Of a stretch of 64,000 nt of DNA, positions 38,007-47,360 are shown piece after piece (the first letter of the stretch is position 1; every line of letters begins with the position of its first letter). The position numbers were made by a program, and so were the translations under genes. The notes beneath the pieces are model-generated. The model did not search any database, had not been told where the DNA came from, and saw nothing but the letters and a program-made list of their open reading frames with translations. Source of the DNA: Candidatus Bathyarchaeia archaeon (GTDB lineage: Archaea > Thermoproteota > Bathyarchaeia > Bathyarchaeales > Bathycorpusculaceae); assembly GCA_038883655.1 (NCBI GenBank), contig JAVZLQ010000003.1, forward strand, positions 227,735 to 291,734, read 5' to 3'.

Positions 38007-39734
38007 TTATGCGTTTTTGTTTAGGTAGTTTTGGAGTTGTTCTGCGTATTTATAGCCCGTATCTGGGAATATTAGGGCGTACACACCCTTTGCTTTTGCG
38101 ATTTTGTTGAACGCGCTTACTACGGCTCCTGCGCTTAGCCCTATTAGTATGCCTTCTTTTCTTGCTATGTTTATTACGCCTTCTATGGCTTCTGTTTGGG
38201 TTACGTCCATAACATGGTCAAAGTTTGCCCAATGATACCATTTCATTCCCGTTTCTACTCTTCTTATTCCGGGTATTACCTCGTTTTGGGCGGGTTGAAC
38301 TCCGACGATTTTCACATTGTCTTTGTATTTGGTTTTGAAGTAGAGTGATATGGCACTCATGTGTCCAGACGTTCCTAGGCCACCAATTATGCACGTTGGC
38401 TTCAGGCCTAAAGCTTTTAGTTGGGCGTCTAGCTCTTTTGCTGTGTATTTTAGGTGGACTTTTAGGTTGGCGTCGTTCTCGAATTGGTTTAGATGTGTGG
38501 CATTGTCGTTCTTTGCTTCTGCTTCAACTTGGTTTATGGCTTCTACGGTTAGGCTTATTGGAAGTCTGACGATTTCTGCTCCTAGAACTTTTAGATATAT
38601 GTCGCTTACTTTTTGGATAGTTTGGGGAATGTAAAGTTTGGTTTTAATTCCGAGCATGTTTGCAATTGATGTTAGTGCAATTCCGGTGTTTGTTGAGGTC
38701 GCCTCATAAAGTATGCTGCCAAGTTCTCCGTTTTCTAAAGTCTCTTTTATCATCGCCCAGCCTATTCTGTCTTTTACGCTGTTGCTGAAGGGGTTAAAAC
38801 CTTCGAGTTTTGCAAAAACTATCCTCTCATTGCTGGAGAGCGAGTTTAGCTTGACCAGCGGCGTGGGCCACATGCCGTGTAACAAATCAAGTGTGTTCTC
38901 ATACACGTGAAGATTACTTTTTCTAATCCTTTTTTGTGACAATAGCGCCTTTAACGGAATTTTTTCTATTTTGATTGATTCTGTCAGTATTTTGAAGGTT
39001 TTTGGTGGCAATTTTGGGCCTTCTTTCCCAGCCTCTATTATTTCCTTCTTAGTTATGGATTGCTTTGTTTTCACTTTGACTTTTTGTAGATTGATGGTGA
39101 TTGCTGGAGCTTTTTCTGCTGTTAATAGGTCGAGTGCTTGATAGGCTTCGTATCCATCTAAGACTATGTTTGTGGATTTGTCGATTATCAGTGGGACATC
39201 AACGCTCTTTGTCTGTAAGAACGTTGTGTAAAGCGGTAGAACGTCTTTTATGTTTGTGCGCATTGCGGTTTTAAGTAGTTTTAAGTTTATAAGCGCGACG
39301 CCTTGCCTTAAAATTTCTATTGGAACATCAACCCTTTTTTCAATTGCAGATATGTGCGTGGCGTCAGCGGACATTTTGATTAGATGCTTTGATGTTTTTG
39401 GCGGGATTTTTTTCCCGCTTATTCCTGCGTCTATCACTGCTTTCTTTGTTAGTTTGAAGTTTTTTCTCCAACTTTTTACTTCAATCAGTGGTGATTTGTA
39501 GTTTATGTAGATTACTGGTATCGTTTTGCATTGTAACTCTTTGAGTGCTGTGAAGCGATGTTCTCCATCGATTATGACGTTTGTGCTTTTGTCCGCTACT
39601 ATTGCATGTTTTAGGACACCGTCTACCTCTATGCTTCTTTTTAGTTTTGTTAGGTGGTTTGGGTCGACTTCTTCATGCGGTTTTAGTTTTTCTAGGCTCG
39701 TTAGTTGTGGCTCTGTTATTATTGCTTTGTGCAT
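38007..39734 (-). CDS. SerK-like (ParB-fold) x2 / O-phosphoserine sulfhydrylase fusion
   Basis: LKPHEE..DGEHR..PPKTSKH, then a degenerate second copy, then KLEGFNPFSNSVKDR, GLGTSGH and IPGIRR. Confidence 0.85.
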   Translation of the reverse strand: MHKAIITEPQLTSLEKLKPHEEVDPNHLTKLKRSIEVDGVLKHAIVADKSTNVIIDGEHRFTALKELQCKTIPVIYINYKSPLIEVKSWRKNFKLTKKAVIDAGISGKKIPPKTSKHLIKMSADATHISAIEKRVDVPIEILRQGVALINLKLLKTAMRTNIKDVLPLYTTFLQTKSVDVPLIIDKSTNIVLDGYEAYQALDLLTAEKAPAITINLQKVKVKTKQSITKKEIIEAGKEGPKLPPKTFKILTESIKIEKIPLKALLSQKRIRKSNLHVYENTLDLLHGMWPTPLVKLNSLSSNERIVFAKLEGFNPFSNSVKDRIGWAMIKETLENGELGSILYEATSTNTGIALTSIANMLGIKTKLYIPQTIQKVSDIYLKVLGAEIVRLPISLTVEAINQVEAEAKNDNATHLNQFENDANLKVHLKYTAKELDAQLKALGLKPTCIIGGLGTSGHMSAISLYFKTKYKDNVKIVGVQPAQNEVIPGIRRVETGMKWYHWANFDHVMDVTQTEAIEGVINIARKEGILIGLSAGAVVSAFNKIAKAKGVYALIFPDTGYKYAEQLQNYLNKNA

Positions 39735-39814
39735 GCGCGTCCCGTTTAACGCTGTTAAATTATTTAACACCGTTAAACATATATAAGCTTAACACCAAAA
39801 ATAACACGAGGCAA

Positions 39815-40204
39815 ATGAAACCGCCATGCATGATAATAGTCAAGCACGTGCTGCCCGCAATCAGGGTTCTAGTAGCAAAAGAGCTGATGGAAAAATATGC
39901 CATGCGCAAAATCGATGCATCGGCAAAAATGGAGTTAACTCCCGCAGCTATAACTCAGTACTTTAAGGGGGAGCGTGGAGCAAACTTTCTTGGTGACATG
40001 ACAAAGTCTGGGGAGACCATGAAAAAAGTTTCAAAACTTGCTGAAACAATAGCGAAGGGGGACTCATCAATGGACGAGGTCATAGAGCAATTGTGTGGAA
40101 TATGCGAGACGATAAAGTCTGAAGAATTACTTTGCGAGTTGCATAAAGAAGAGCTTCCGGCGTTACAAAAGTGCAGATGTCCAGTGTGCATGCGTTCGGT
40201 TTAA
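39815..40204 (+). CDS. XRE-type HTH regulator with C-terminal Cys/His cluster
   Basis: MKPPC..LPAIRVLVAKEL..LTPAAITQYFKGERG..CGIC..CELH..CRCPVC. Confidence 0.85.
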   Translation: MKPPCMIIVKHVLPAIRVLVAKELMEKYAMRKIDASAKMELTPAAITQYFKGERGANFLGDMTKSGETMKKVSKLAETIAKGDSSMDEVIEQLCGICETIKSEELLCELHKEELPALQKCRCPVCMRSV

Positions 40205-40389
40205 TGTATATTTGTTATTGCTGGTACTTTTAAAGGCTTCTTTCTGTCTGCTACTTTCACTACTTTGATTTTTGCGCTTTTTAGGATTTGTTTTGCTGCT
40301 TCTTTTGCCTCTTTTCTGTTTTGGTAATCTCCTTTCAGTTCAATCCATGGAAGCGCCTCGTCAAGCTTTACCCAAACCGCATACAACAT
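40201..40389 (-). CDS. Small hypothetical protein
   Basis: 62-aa ORF with GGTGA SD. Confidence 0.65.
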   Translation of the reverse strand: MLYAVWVKLDEALPWIELKGDYQNRKEAKEAAKQILKSAKIKVVKVADRKKPLKVPAITNIH

Positions 40390-40510
40390 TGTTCACCATT
40401 GTTGTTGAGTGTTAGAATTCGGATTATTAAAACAGTTATGAATTTGAAATATTGATTTTTGCTAAGGGTTGCTTGGAAACTTATTTAAGGAATGTCTGTG
40501 CATCTTCTAT

Positions 40511-40659
40511 GGTCTAGGAGCGAGCATTGGAGTGAAGCTTAAGGGCTCCTCAAATGGGGTTCCATTGAAGGGGTGCCTATGGATGGGCGAAGATGGTGGG
40601 CAAGATGAAGGCGAAAATGTTACTGTGCACCAGCAGACACTTTGCTTGGCTCCTGAACC
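40511..40659 (+). ncRNA. Candidate structured RNA B
   Basis: TTATTTAA at 40481-40488; about 15-bp closing helix GGTCTAGGAGCGAGCA/TGCTTGGCTCCTGAACC whose G-U pairs favour the plus strand; internal hairpins. Confidence 0.62.
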
Positions 40660-40734
40660 CCGCGGTTGCAAGCTCTAAAAATACTATTACACGTAGAATT
40701 TTCTCAATAATACTTCTCATGGAGGCTTTTAGAG

Positions 40735-41952
40735 GTGAATTCCAGAATAGACTCTAAGGTTTTTTCAAGAACTTTCAAAGAGTCTCTGGCGGCATACACT
40801 TTTGACATTGGAGGGATATTTGCGGGCTTCATATTCTACTCCTTTGTTATTTCAAAACTTGATTCTTTTCAAGTGCCATGGATTATCGCGGTATATCCAA
40901 CAATTTTAAGCGCTAAAGGCACTATTGGCGGACTGCTTTCTGGACGTTTAAGCACAGCGTTGCATGTTGGAACGATTTATCCGAGGTTTCTTAACAACAC
41001 GAAGACTTTCTACAAACTCTTTGATGCCGTTGTTTTCATAAATTTGGAAACATGCATTATCATGGGTTTAATTTCACTTGTTTTTGGAAGCCTCTTCTGG
41101 GGAATTTCCACAGTAAACTTTTCTGAAATTCTATCTGTCGTGGTGGCAACCATGGCTCTAGGCTTGTTTATCTCCTTGATTACAATGTTTGTTGCTTTTA
41201 CCTCTTTCAAGAAAGGTTTAGACCCGGATATAACTGTGTACCCGATAATGTCAACTGTGGCTGACATAACCATAACAGTTTGTTATGCAATAATTCTTCA
41301 CGTTTTCTTTTTTGCAGATAGCTTCGGTAAATATACAGTGGCCGCAATTGCCATCGCATTTGCCATCTTAGCTTGCTACATCCTGATAAGAAATATTCAT
41401 GAAGAAGGTTTTGTTAAGACTATTAGGGAATTCTCCTTCACGTTGATAGCTGTGGCTTTTATCGTAAATATTACTGGAACTTTTCTGCATATGATAAGTG
41501 GGGTTATATTGACTGGTAGAAGCGAAATATACACAGTTTATCCTGCCCTAATAGATTTAGTTGGCGATGTTGGTTCTGTTGTTGGGTCTACGGCTACAAC
41601 AAAGCTCGCTTTAGGTTTGCTTAAGCCTTCGTTCTCATCAATAAAGGGTCACTTAAGCAATATTTCTGGAGCGTGGGCAGCTTCTCTGGCAATGTTTACT
41701 GTTTTGTCGATGTTGTCACTTTCAATAAACAATGTTCTTTCGCTTTTCTGGTTCTTTACTGCAACACTTTTAATTGCAAATGTGATTGCCGTTTCGCTGA
41801 TAATTCTGATATCGTACGCCACTGCTATCCTAACTTTCCATAAAGGTTTAGATCCGGACAACTTTATCATTCCAATTGAAAGTTCTCTTGCAGATGCTGT
41901 AACTTCTGTGGCTTTGCTTGTCGCCCTAATAGTCTGCCATTATAGCCTCTAG
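40735..41952 (+). CDS. MgtE-like divalent cation transporter (duplicated membrane domain)
   Basis: Two GLDPD motifs; GRLSTALHVG. Confidence 0.88.
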   Translation: MNSRIDSKVFSRTFKESLAAYTFDIGGIFAGFIFYSFVISKLDSFQVPWIIAVYPTILSAKGTIGGLLSGRLSTALHVGTIYPRFLNNTKTFYKLFDAVVFINLETCIIMGLISLVFGSLFWGISTVNFSEILSVVVATMALGLFISLITMFVAFTSFKKGLDPDITVYPIMSTVADITITVCYAIILHVFFFADSFGKYTVAAIAIAFAILACYILIRNIHEEGFVKTIREFSFTLIAVAFIVNITGTFLHMISGVILTGRSEIYTVYPALIDLVGDVGSVVGSTATTKLALGLLKPSFSSIKGHLSNISGAWAASLAMFTVLSMLSLSINNVLSLFWFFTATLLIANVIAVSLIILISYATAILTFHKGLDPDNFIIPIESSLADAVTSVALLVALIVCHYSL

Positions 41953-42014
41953 TCATGAAGAGATAGGCTTAAAATATTTCCTGTTTATAATTTGCTTGGA
42001 GCGAAAAAAGTAGT

Positions 42015-43208
42015 ATGCCTCACCGTTTCGAAAAGATTGAGTATAAACCTATACCCGCTAGGGAACTTCTCCTAGAAATGAAGAACCTTTCCGAGTTAAT
42101 GATTGATTTAGCATATTCAGCGGCGCTATTCAATGACAAAGACCTCGCAGAAGATGTCTTAGAGCTTGAGGCACGTGTAGACACCTTGGCTTATCTTCTG
42201 GAGATCTCAATAATGGTTGCTGCAAGGGATGCTAGAGACGCTGAAGATCTGCTTGGTGTTTCAACGGTGGCTTCTGCTACAGATAAGATTTCAGACGCTG
42301 CTGCTGATATCGCCGCTATAATGACGCAGAATATCGGTGTGCACCCAATTGTGAGTGAAATTTTCGAAAAAGTTGAGGAGCATTTGCTACGTGTAAAGGT
42401 GGGTGAAGACTCCGCTATTGTCGGGAAGCAAATAGGTGAGTTAAAATTAGCTGCAGAGATGGGTGTTGACATAATTGCGATAAAGCGGAACAAGGATTGG
42501 ATAATTGACCCTAAAGAAACTGAGAGAATCTTGAGTGGCGACTTTTTAATTGCAAGAGGCGCGCCCATTGGAATTGACGAGTTTCAAAAGTTCGCTGAAG
42601 GCAAACGGGTCAAAACCGAACAAATAAGTGTTTCAAAAAAGCGGCGAAAACAGTTCGAGGAAATTGTTAGACGCTTTGTCGAACTAAAGGACACTTCTGA
42701 GCTAATGATTGACTTGGCTTATTCCTCGCTGCTGTATGACAATAAGGAACTCGCCGAAGAGGTGCAGAAACTCGAGGAATATGTGGATAAGGTGCACACA
42801 GATTTTGAACTATGCGTTCTTTCAAGCGGTTTCAAAAAAGACGAAGTGCGAGGCTTTCTCGGTTTAATAAGGCTTGGTGTGGTTGCCGAGAAAATAGCGG
42901 ATGCAGCTGCTGAGATAGCCGAAGTTGTCCTGAGGGGTTTAGAGCCGCACCCGATCTTGAAAAGCACCATTGAGGAAGCACAGGAAACCATTACGCATGT
43001 TTGTGTGACTGCAGGTTCTCCTTTGGTTAACAAGACTATACGAGAAGCGCGTATTCCAGAGGAAACTGGAATGTGGGTCCTTGCCATAAGAAAAGGCGAA
43101 AAATGCATAAGACCAAAGCCCGACTCGAAAATTGAAGTAGGTGACGTCTTAATCGCATCTGGATATGCTGAAGGCGCAGAGGACTTGAAGAAACTGGCTT
43201 CTCCATAG
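42015..43208 (+). CDS. Tandem PhoU/TrkA-C domain protein
   Basis: Two K(N/D)xSELMIDLAYS repeats, each followed by an RCK-C domain. Confidence 0.9.
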   Translation: MPHRFEKIEYKPIPARELLLEMKNLSELMIDLAYSAALFNDKDLAEDVLELEARVDTLAYLLEISIMVAARDARDAEDLLGVSTVASATDKISDAAADIAAIMTQNIGVHPIVSEIFEKVEEHLLRVKVGEDSAIVGKQIGELKLAAEMGVDIIAIKRNKDWIIDPKETERILSGDFLIARGAPIGIDEFQKFAEGKRVKTEQISVSKKRRKQFEEIVRRFVELKDTSELMIDLAYSSLLYDNKELAEEVQKLEEYVDKVHTDFELCVLSSGFKKDEVRGFLGLIRLGVVAEKIADAAAEIAEVVLRGLEPHPILKSTIEEAQETITHVCVTAGSPLVNKTIREARIPEETGMWVLAIRKGEKCIRPKPDSKIEVGDVLIASGYAEGAEDLKKLASP

Positions 43209-43303
43209 CCCTTATTTTGTATGGTTTGTTAAGTAGTTTGGATAATTATTCTGGATTCACTAACACTATAAAGGTGGAATCAGATTCTAAGTTAGAGGAG
43301 GGT

Positions 43304-43712
43304 ATGCCCAATCCACAAAAAGAAAGAAAACAAAGACAACAAAAGCTTCACGTGCCCAAATCCATCTTGTGGAAGAGTTTTCGCAAACCCGATCAAAGCT
43401 GAAAATATAAGTTTAAAGAATGGCGTTTATGATGCTTGTCCCTACTGCCTAACAGAAATAACACTTGAAAAAAGCATCTTAATAACAGAGGAAAAAGAGA
43501 AAGAAAAACCTGCGTCATTTATCGAGAGTAAAGTCGAACAAAAGACGCAACCAATGCTTGAGAGACTATCCGTTGAAGCGTCCACCAAACCCACCACGTG
43601 CACTTACCATTTCGGATATTTAAGCCAACGTTCAACAAAAGAGAAGATACCCGAAGAATGCATGATGTGTGAGAAAATCGTTCAGTGCATGCTTCAACGC
43701 GTGAGGGGATAG
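43304..43712 (+). CDS. Double Zn-finger protein whose ATG is out of frame with the body (frameshifted)
   Basis: Frame 43305-43712 encodes FTCPNPSCG..CPYC..CTYHFGYL..IPEECMMCEKIVQCM but has no start codon ahead of the first finger; the SD-linked ATG at 43304 is one base off. Confidence 0.75.
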
Positions 43713-43788
43713 TTGGTTGCAGATGATACGCACTTGCTTTTTTAAGGCTTCAAGTTTCCCCTTAAAATTTGGTTAGGAGACAACATAG

Positions 43789-44160
43789 TTGTCGGCCACC
43801 ATGCAGAAACGCGTTCCAGGAGTTCTCACTCCAGCAACCCAAGCGAAGAGTTTAAACGCTGAAACTGTTACGACTATTGCCACAAGCTTTCTTAAGAGGA
43901 TTGGAAATAAGGGCGGCTTAAAACCCAAACGGGTTTCGTTGGAGGAGAACATATACATCGTTGAAGTTGAAATGAAGAAGTTTAACGCAATCGTTAAGGT
44001 TGACGCTGAAACTCATGAGATTAAGGAGTATGAAATACAGCCCAGAGGCGAAGAAACTCCTTTCATTTCCATATCTCCAAAAGTTATTGTCGCCATGTTT
44101 GGAGTTTCTGCCGCAGTTTACGTAGCATTAAATTTTGCATTTAAAATGCTCAGCTTTTAG
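43789..44160 (+). CDS. PepSY-like domain protein with C-terminal TM
   Basis: YIVEVE..VKVDAETHEIKEY followed by a hydrophobic tail. Confidence 0.7.
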   Translation: MSATMQKRVPGVLTPATQAKSLNAETVTTIATSFLKRIGNKGGLKPKRVSLEENIYIVEVEMKKFNAIVKVDAETHEIKEYEIQPRGEETPFISISPKVIVAMFGVSAAVYVALNFAFKMLSF

Positions 44161-44214
44161 CACATCTGCCGTTCAAAGCAGAATACTAAAAATAGCGATT
44201 TCGACGAGCTGTAG

Positions 44215-44568
44215 CTAGCTTTTTCTTCTCCTTTCAGTCTTCTTCTCTTCTACAGTTTCTACCGCCGGTTTTTCCTCGGTTTTCTCCTCAGCTTTTTCCT
44301 CAGCCTTTTCTTCCGCCTTCTCCATTTCTTTTGTAATTTCCTCTATTGGCTTTGGTGGTGGCGTTGTAGCCATTGTTAACCCGATCCAAGCACCTATAGC
44401 CATTATAGCAATGAAAGCCAGAAACACTGGGATTGCCACAAGCCAAAATGGGAGGCTCCATTCAAGCGGGTTTCCTCCAAGGTAAAACAATCCCAGCGTG
44501 TATAGTATGCCCAATACCACGCAAACTATTAGTATTATTCCACCTATCGCTTGATCTTTACTTACCAT
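44215..44568 (-). CDS. Archaeal two-TM protein with TPPPKP motif
   Basis: SKDQAIGG..WIGLTMATTPPPKPIEEI, acidic/basic tail. Confidence 0.85.
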   Translation of the reverse strand: MVSKDQAIGGIILIVCVVLGILYTLGLFYLGGNPLEWSLPFWLVAIPVFLAFIAIMAIGAWIGLTMATTPPPKPIEEITKEMEKAEEKAEEKAEEKTEEKPAVETVEEKKTERRRKS

Positions 44569-44642
44569 TCATACATCACCATATGAACCCATGTTTACTC
44601 TTTTAGGCTTTAAAAATTTTGCCGTGCCTTTCGAACTTAACA

Positions 44643-45899
44643 CTAGATCGTTCCCATCTCCCACGTTGACAGATAATGCTTTTGCTCTTCTGTCAACTCG
44701 TCTATCCTTATATTCATGGCATTTAGCTTGAGCTTCGCTACGGCCTCGTCTATTTCCCTTGGTACCGTGTGGACTTTTGGCGGGAGCTTCTCTGTTTTTG
44801 CTAGATATTCCACGCATAAGGCTTGGTTTGCGAAGGACATGTCCATAACTTCAGATGGGTGTCCCTCCGCGGCTGCCAAGTTTACGAGTCTTCCCTCTGC
44901 TAGGAGATAGATTTTCCTTCCATTCTTAAGCGTATATTCATCCAAGTTTGGGCGTATGTTCCTCTTGGAAGTGGAAAGGTTCTCCAATTCTTTTATGTTT
45001 ATTTCAACGTTGAAGTGTCCACTGTTTGCAAGTATTGCGCTGTCCTTCATTTTCTCTATATGCTCTCCCCTAATTACATTGATGTCTCCTGTCGCCGTTA
45101 CGAATATGTCACCTATTGTGGCGGCTTCCGCTATTGGCATTACGCGAAAACCACTTAGTGCTGCTTCAAGCGCCCTAAGCGGGTTAACCTCTGTTATTAT
45201 CACGTTTGCGCCCATGCCCTGTGCGCGCATGGCTATTCCCCTTGCGCACCATCCGTAGCCGCAGACAACGAAGTTTTTTCCCGCTAAAAGGACGTTTGTT
45301 GCTCTTAGAATGCCGTCTATTGTGCTTTGTCCTGTTCCGTAACGATTGTCAAAAAGGTATTTTGTGTATGCGTCATTTACGGCGATTATTGGATATCTGA
45401 GCGTCCCAGATTTTTCCATTGCGCGCAGCCTTAAAACGCCTGTCGTTGTTTCTTCAGTTCCACCTTTGATGTTTCCTATGTTTTCGTTTCTCTTGCTGTG
45501 AATTGTCCCAACAAGGTCTGCCCCATCATCAAGCGTTATCACCGGCTTGAAGTCTATGACGCGCTCGATACACCAATAATACTCCTCTGTTGTTTGTCCC
45601 CTCCAGGCGAAAACGTGCACTCCCTTCTCTGCGAGGGCTGCTGCCACATCATCCTGTGTAGAAAGCGGATTTGACCCACAAAGCGTCACTTCTGCGCCGC
45701 CAGCTAAGAAAGTTTCGATTAGAACTGCTGTCTCTTTTGTTACATGAAGGCATGCGCCAAGTGTGAAACCCTTCAAAGGTTTTTCTTTGGCAAATCTTTT
45801 TTTGATCTGTTCTAGGACTGGCATGTGCCGTGATGCCCATTCTATTTGTAGATCGCCCTTTGAGGCTAGGCTTTTATCCTTAACTTTAAATTCTTCCAT
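44643..45899 (-). CDS. ahcY: Adenosylhomocysteinase
   Basis: [22 protein letters not shown] and [11 protein letters not shown] motifs. Confidence 0.97.
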   Translation of the reverse strand: MEEFKVKDKSLASKGDLQIEWASRHMPVLEQIKKRFAKEKPLKGFTLGACLHVTKETAVLIETFLAGGAEVTLCGSNPLSTQDDVAAALAEKGVHVFAWRGQTTEEYYWCIERVIDFKPVITLDDGADLVGTIHSKRNENIGNIKGGTEETTTGVLRLRAMEKSGTLRYPIIAVNDAYTKYLFDNRYGTGQSTIDGILRATNVLLAGKNFVVCGYGWCARGIAMRAQGMGANVIITEVNPLRALEAALSGFRVMPIAEAATIGDIFVTATGDINVIRGEHIEKMKDSAILANSGHFNVEINIKELENLSTSKRNIRPNLDEYTLKNGRKIYLLAEGRLVNLAAAEGHPSEVMDMSFANQALCVEYLAKTEKLPPKVHTVPREIDEAVAKLKLNAMNIRIDELTEEQKHYLSTWEMGTI

Positions 45900-45936
45900 C
45901 TTTACCACGTCATGTAAGCTCATTTAAACAAGCTAT

Positions 45937-47289
45937 TTAACGTTGGCGTTTCAGTTTATCCAAAAGGTTGTTTTTGGCTTTTTCCGCCATCTTCATTACA
46001 CGTTTAACATTTAGGGTTTTCAACTCTCTGTTTTCCATTACTATTTTGCCATTAATTATAACTGTTTCAACGTCAGAGCCCTTAGCCGCATATACTATGT
46101 GACTTGTTTCGCTGTAAACTGGACGAAGATGCGGCTTTTCAAGGTTAATGATTATTAAGTCTGCCTTTTTGCCGACCTCTATTGAACCCACCTCTTTATC
46201 CCATGAAAGAGCCTTTGCGCCATCTATCGTTGCCATCTCCAAAACTTTTTCAGCCGGCATAAGCGTCGGATTGCTGTTCGCGCCTTTATGTAGGAGCGCT
46301 GCGACTTTCATCACTTCGAACATGTCCGCCGTGTTATTTGAGCATGGGCTATCTGTGCCAAGCGAAACCGTTAAGCCATGTTCAAGCATTTTCGGGACGG
46401 GACTGATGCCAGAAGCAAGCTTAAGGTTTGAAATCGGATTATGCGCAACCTTCGCGCCTCTTCTTTTCATAGTGATCATGTCTCTTTCTGTCAACGCTAC
46501 GCAATGTGCAGCGATAACATGTTGGTTCAAAACGCCGAGAGAATCTAAATACTCCATTATGTCGCCTTTCAACTTTAGATTAAATGCGCTTTGAATTTTT
46601 TCCTTTTCATCAAAGGTTTCAGCAACATGAATGTGGCAAATTATTGGACTTTTTTTAGAACCATATTTTTGATCCAGTTCGTGTCTCAAAAGAGACAACT
46701 CTTTCATGTATTCTGGGTCAACCGTGTAAGGCGCATGTGGATCAACACTCACGCGGATTAACCCATCAGCTTTGCCATGCCAATTTTTAACCAAATCTTC
46801 CAGCGCCCTTTTATCCTCGCTTTTCCGCCACGAAAAGCACACGTGACCAACAACACCTCTTACTCCAGCATCAGCAAACGCTTTCGCCTCGTTTTCCTCT
46901 GGCGTATAATGGTACATTGTGTTGATGGTCGTTGTCCCGCTCATTATGGACTCCGCCGCCGTCAATAATGCTCCAACATAAATGTCGTGCGCGCTCATGT
47001 TCTTCTCTACTGGCCATATCCACTTTTCAAGCCACTCTTGAAGTGGTAAGTCATCAGCATAGCCTCTCAAAATGCTCATGGCTGCATGCTGGTGCGTATT
47101 AACCAAACCTGGCATTACGATTTTGTTTTTCGCGTTTATTTTCTCATAGCCTCTACCATACTTCCTTTTTAATTCTCGCTCCTTGCCCATGTCGACTATT
47201 ATGTCTTCTTCTATTGCGACCGCGCCGTTCCGAATCACTTTTTTGTCCTTCAATGTGAGTAGCGTTCCGCTATGGATTAGAATGTCCAT
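45937..47289 (-). CDS. mtaD: MTA/SAH deaminase-family amidohydrolase
   Basis: NTHQH, PHAPYT, HVAET, AHCV and GTD motifs. Confidence 0.88.
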   Translation of the reverse strand: MDILIHSGTLLTLKDKKVIRNGAVAIEEDIIVDMGKERELKRKYGRGYEKINAKNKIVMPGLVNTHQHAAMSILRGYADDLPLQEWLEKWIWPVEKNMSAHDIYVGALLTAAESIMSGTTTINTMYHYTPEENEAKAFADAGVRGVVGHVCFSWRKSEDKRALEDLVKNWHGKADGLIRVSVDPHAPYTVDPEYMKELSLLRHELDQKYGSKKSPIICHIHVAETFDEKEKIQSAFNLKLKGDIMEYLDSLGVLNQHVIAAHCVALTERDMITMKRRGAKVAHNPISNLKLASGISPVPKMLEHGLTVSLGTDSPCSNNTADMFEVMKVAALLHKGANSNPTLMPAEKVLEMATIDGAKALSWDKEVGSIEVGKKADLIIINLEKPHLRPVYSETSHIVYAAKGSDVETVIINGKIVMENRELKTLNVKRVMKMAEKAKNNLLDKLKRQR

Positions 47290-47360
47290 TCTAGTTCGCC
47301 TTTTCGGTAGATGTTTCTTTTATCGCGTTATATTTTTAACTAGTAAACACACCTTTAACT

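Noticed and set aside
40511-40678. RNA B as a TPP or M-box riboswitch
   Set aside because: GGGGTGCC..GGGCGAAGA and TGAACC resemble TPP, but CUGAGA and CUGAU are missing. M-box similarity is limited to short GTGA.GCT and AAGCTCTA pieces. It is not assignable without a covariance search.
40469-40678. 69-aa ORF
   Set aside because: It spans a TATA box and a long-range paired element, and has no protein features.
44270-44325. Tandem EEKA repeats
   Set aside because: Ordinary low-complexity charged protein tail.
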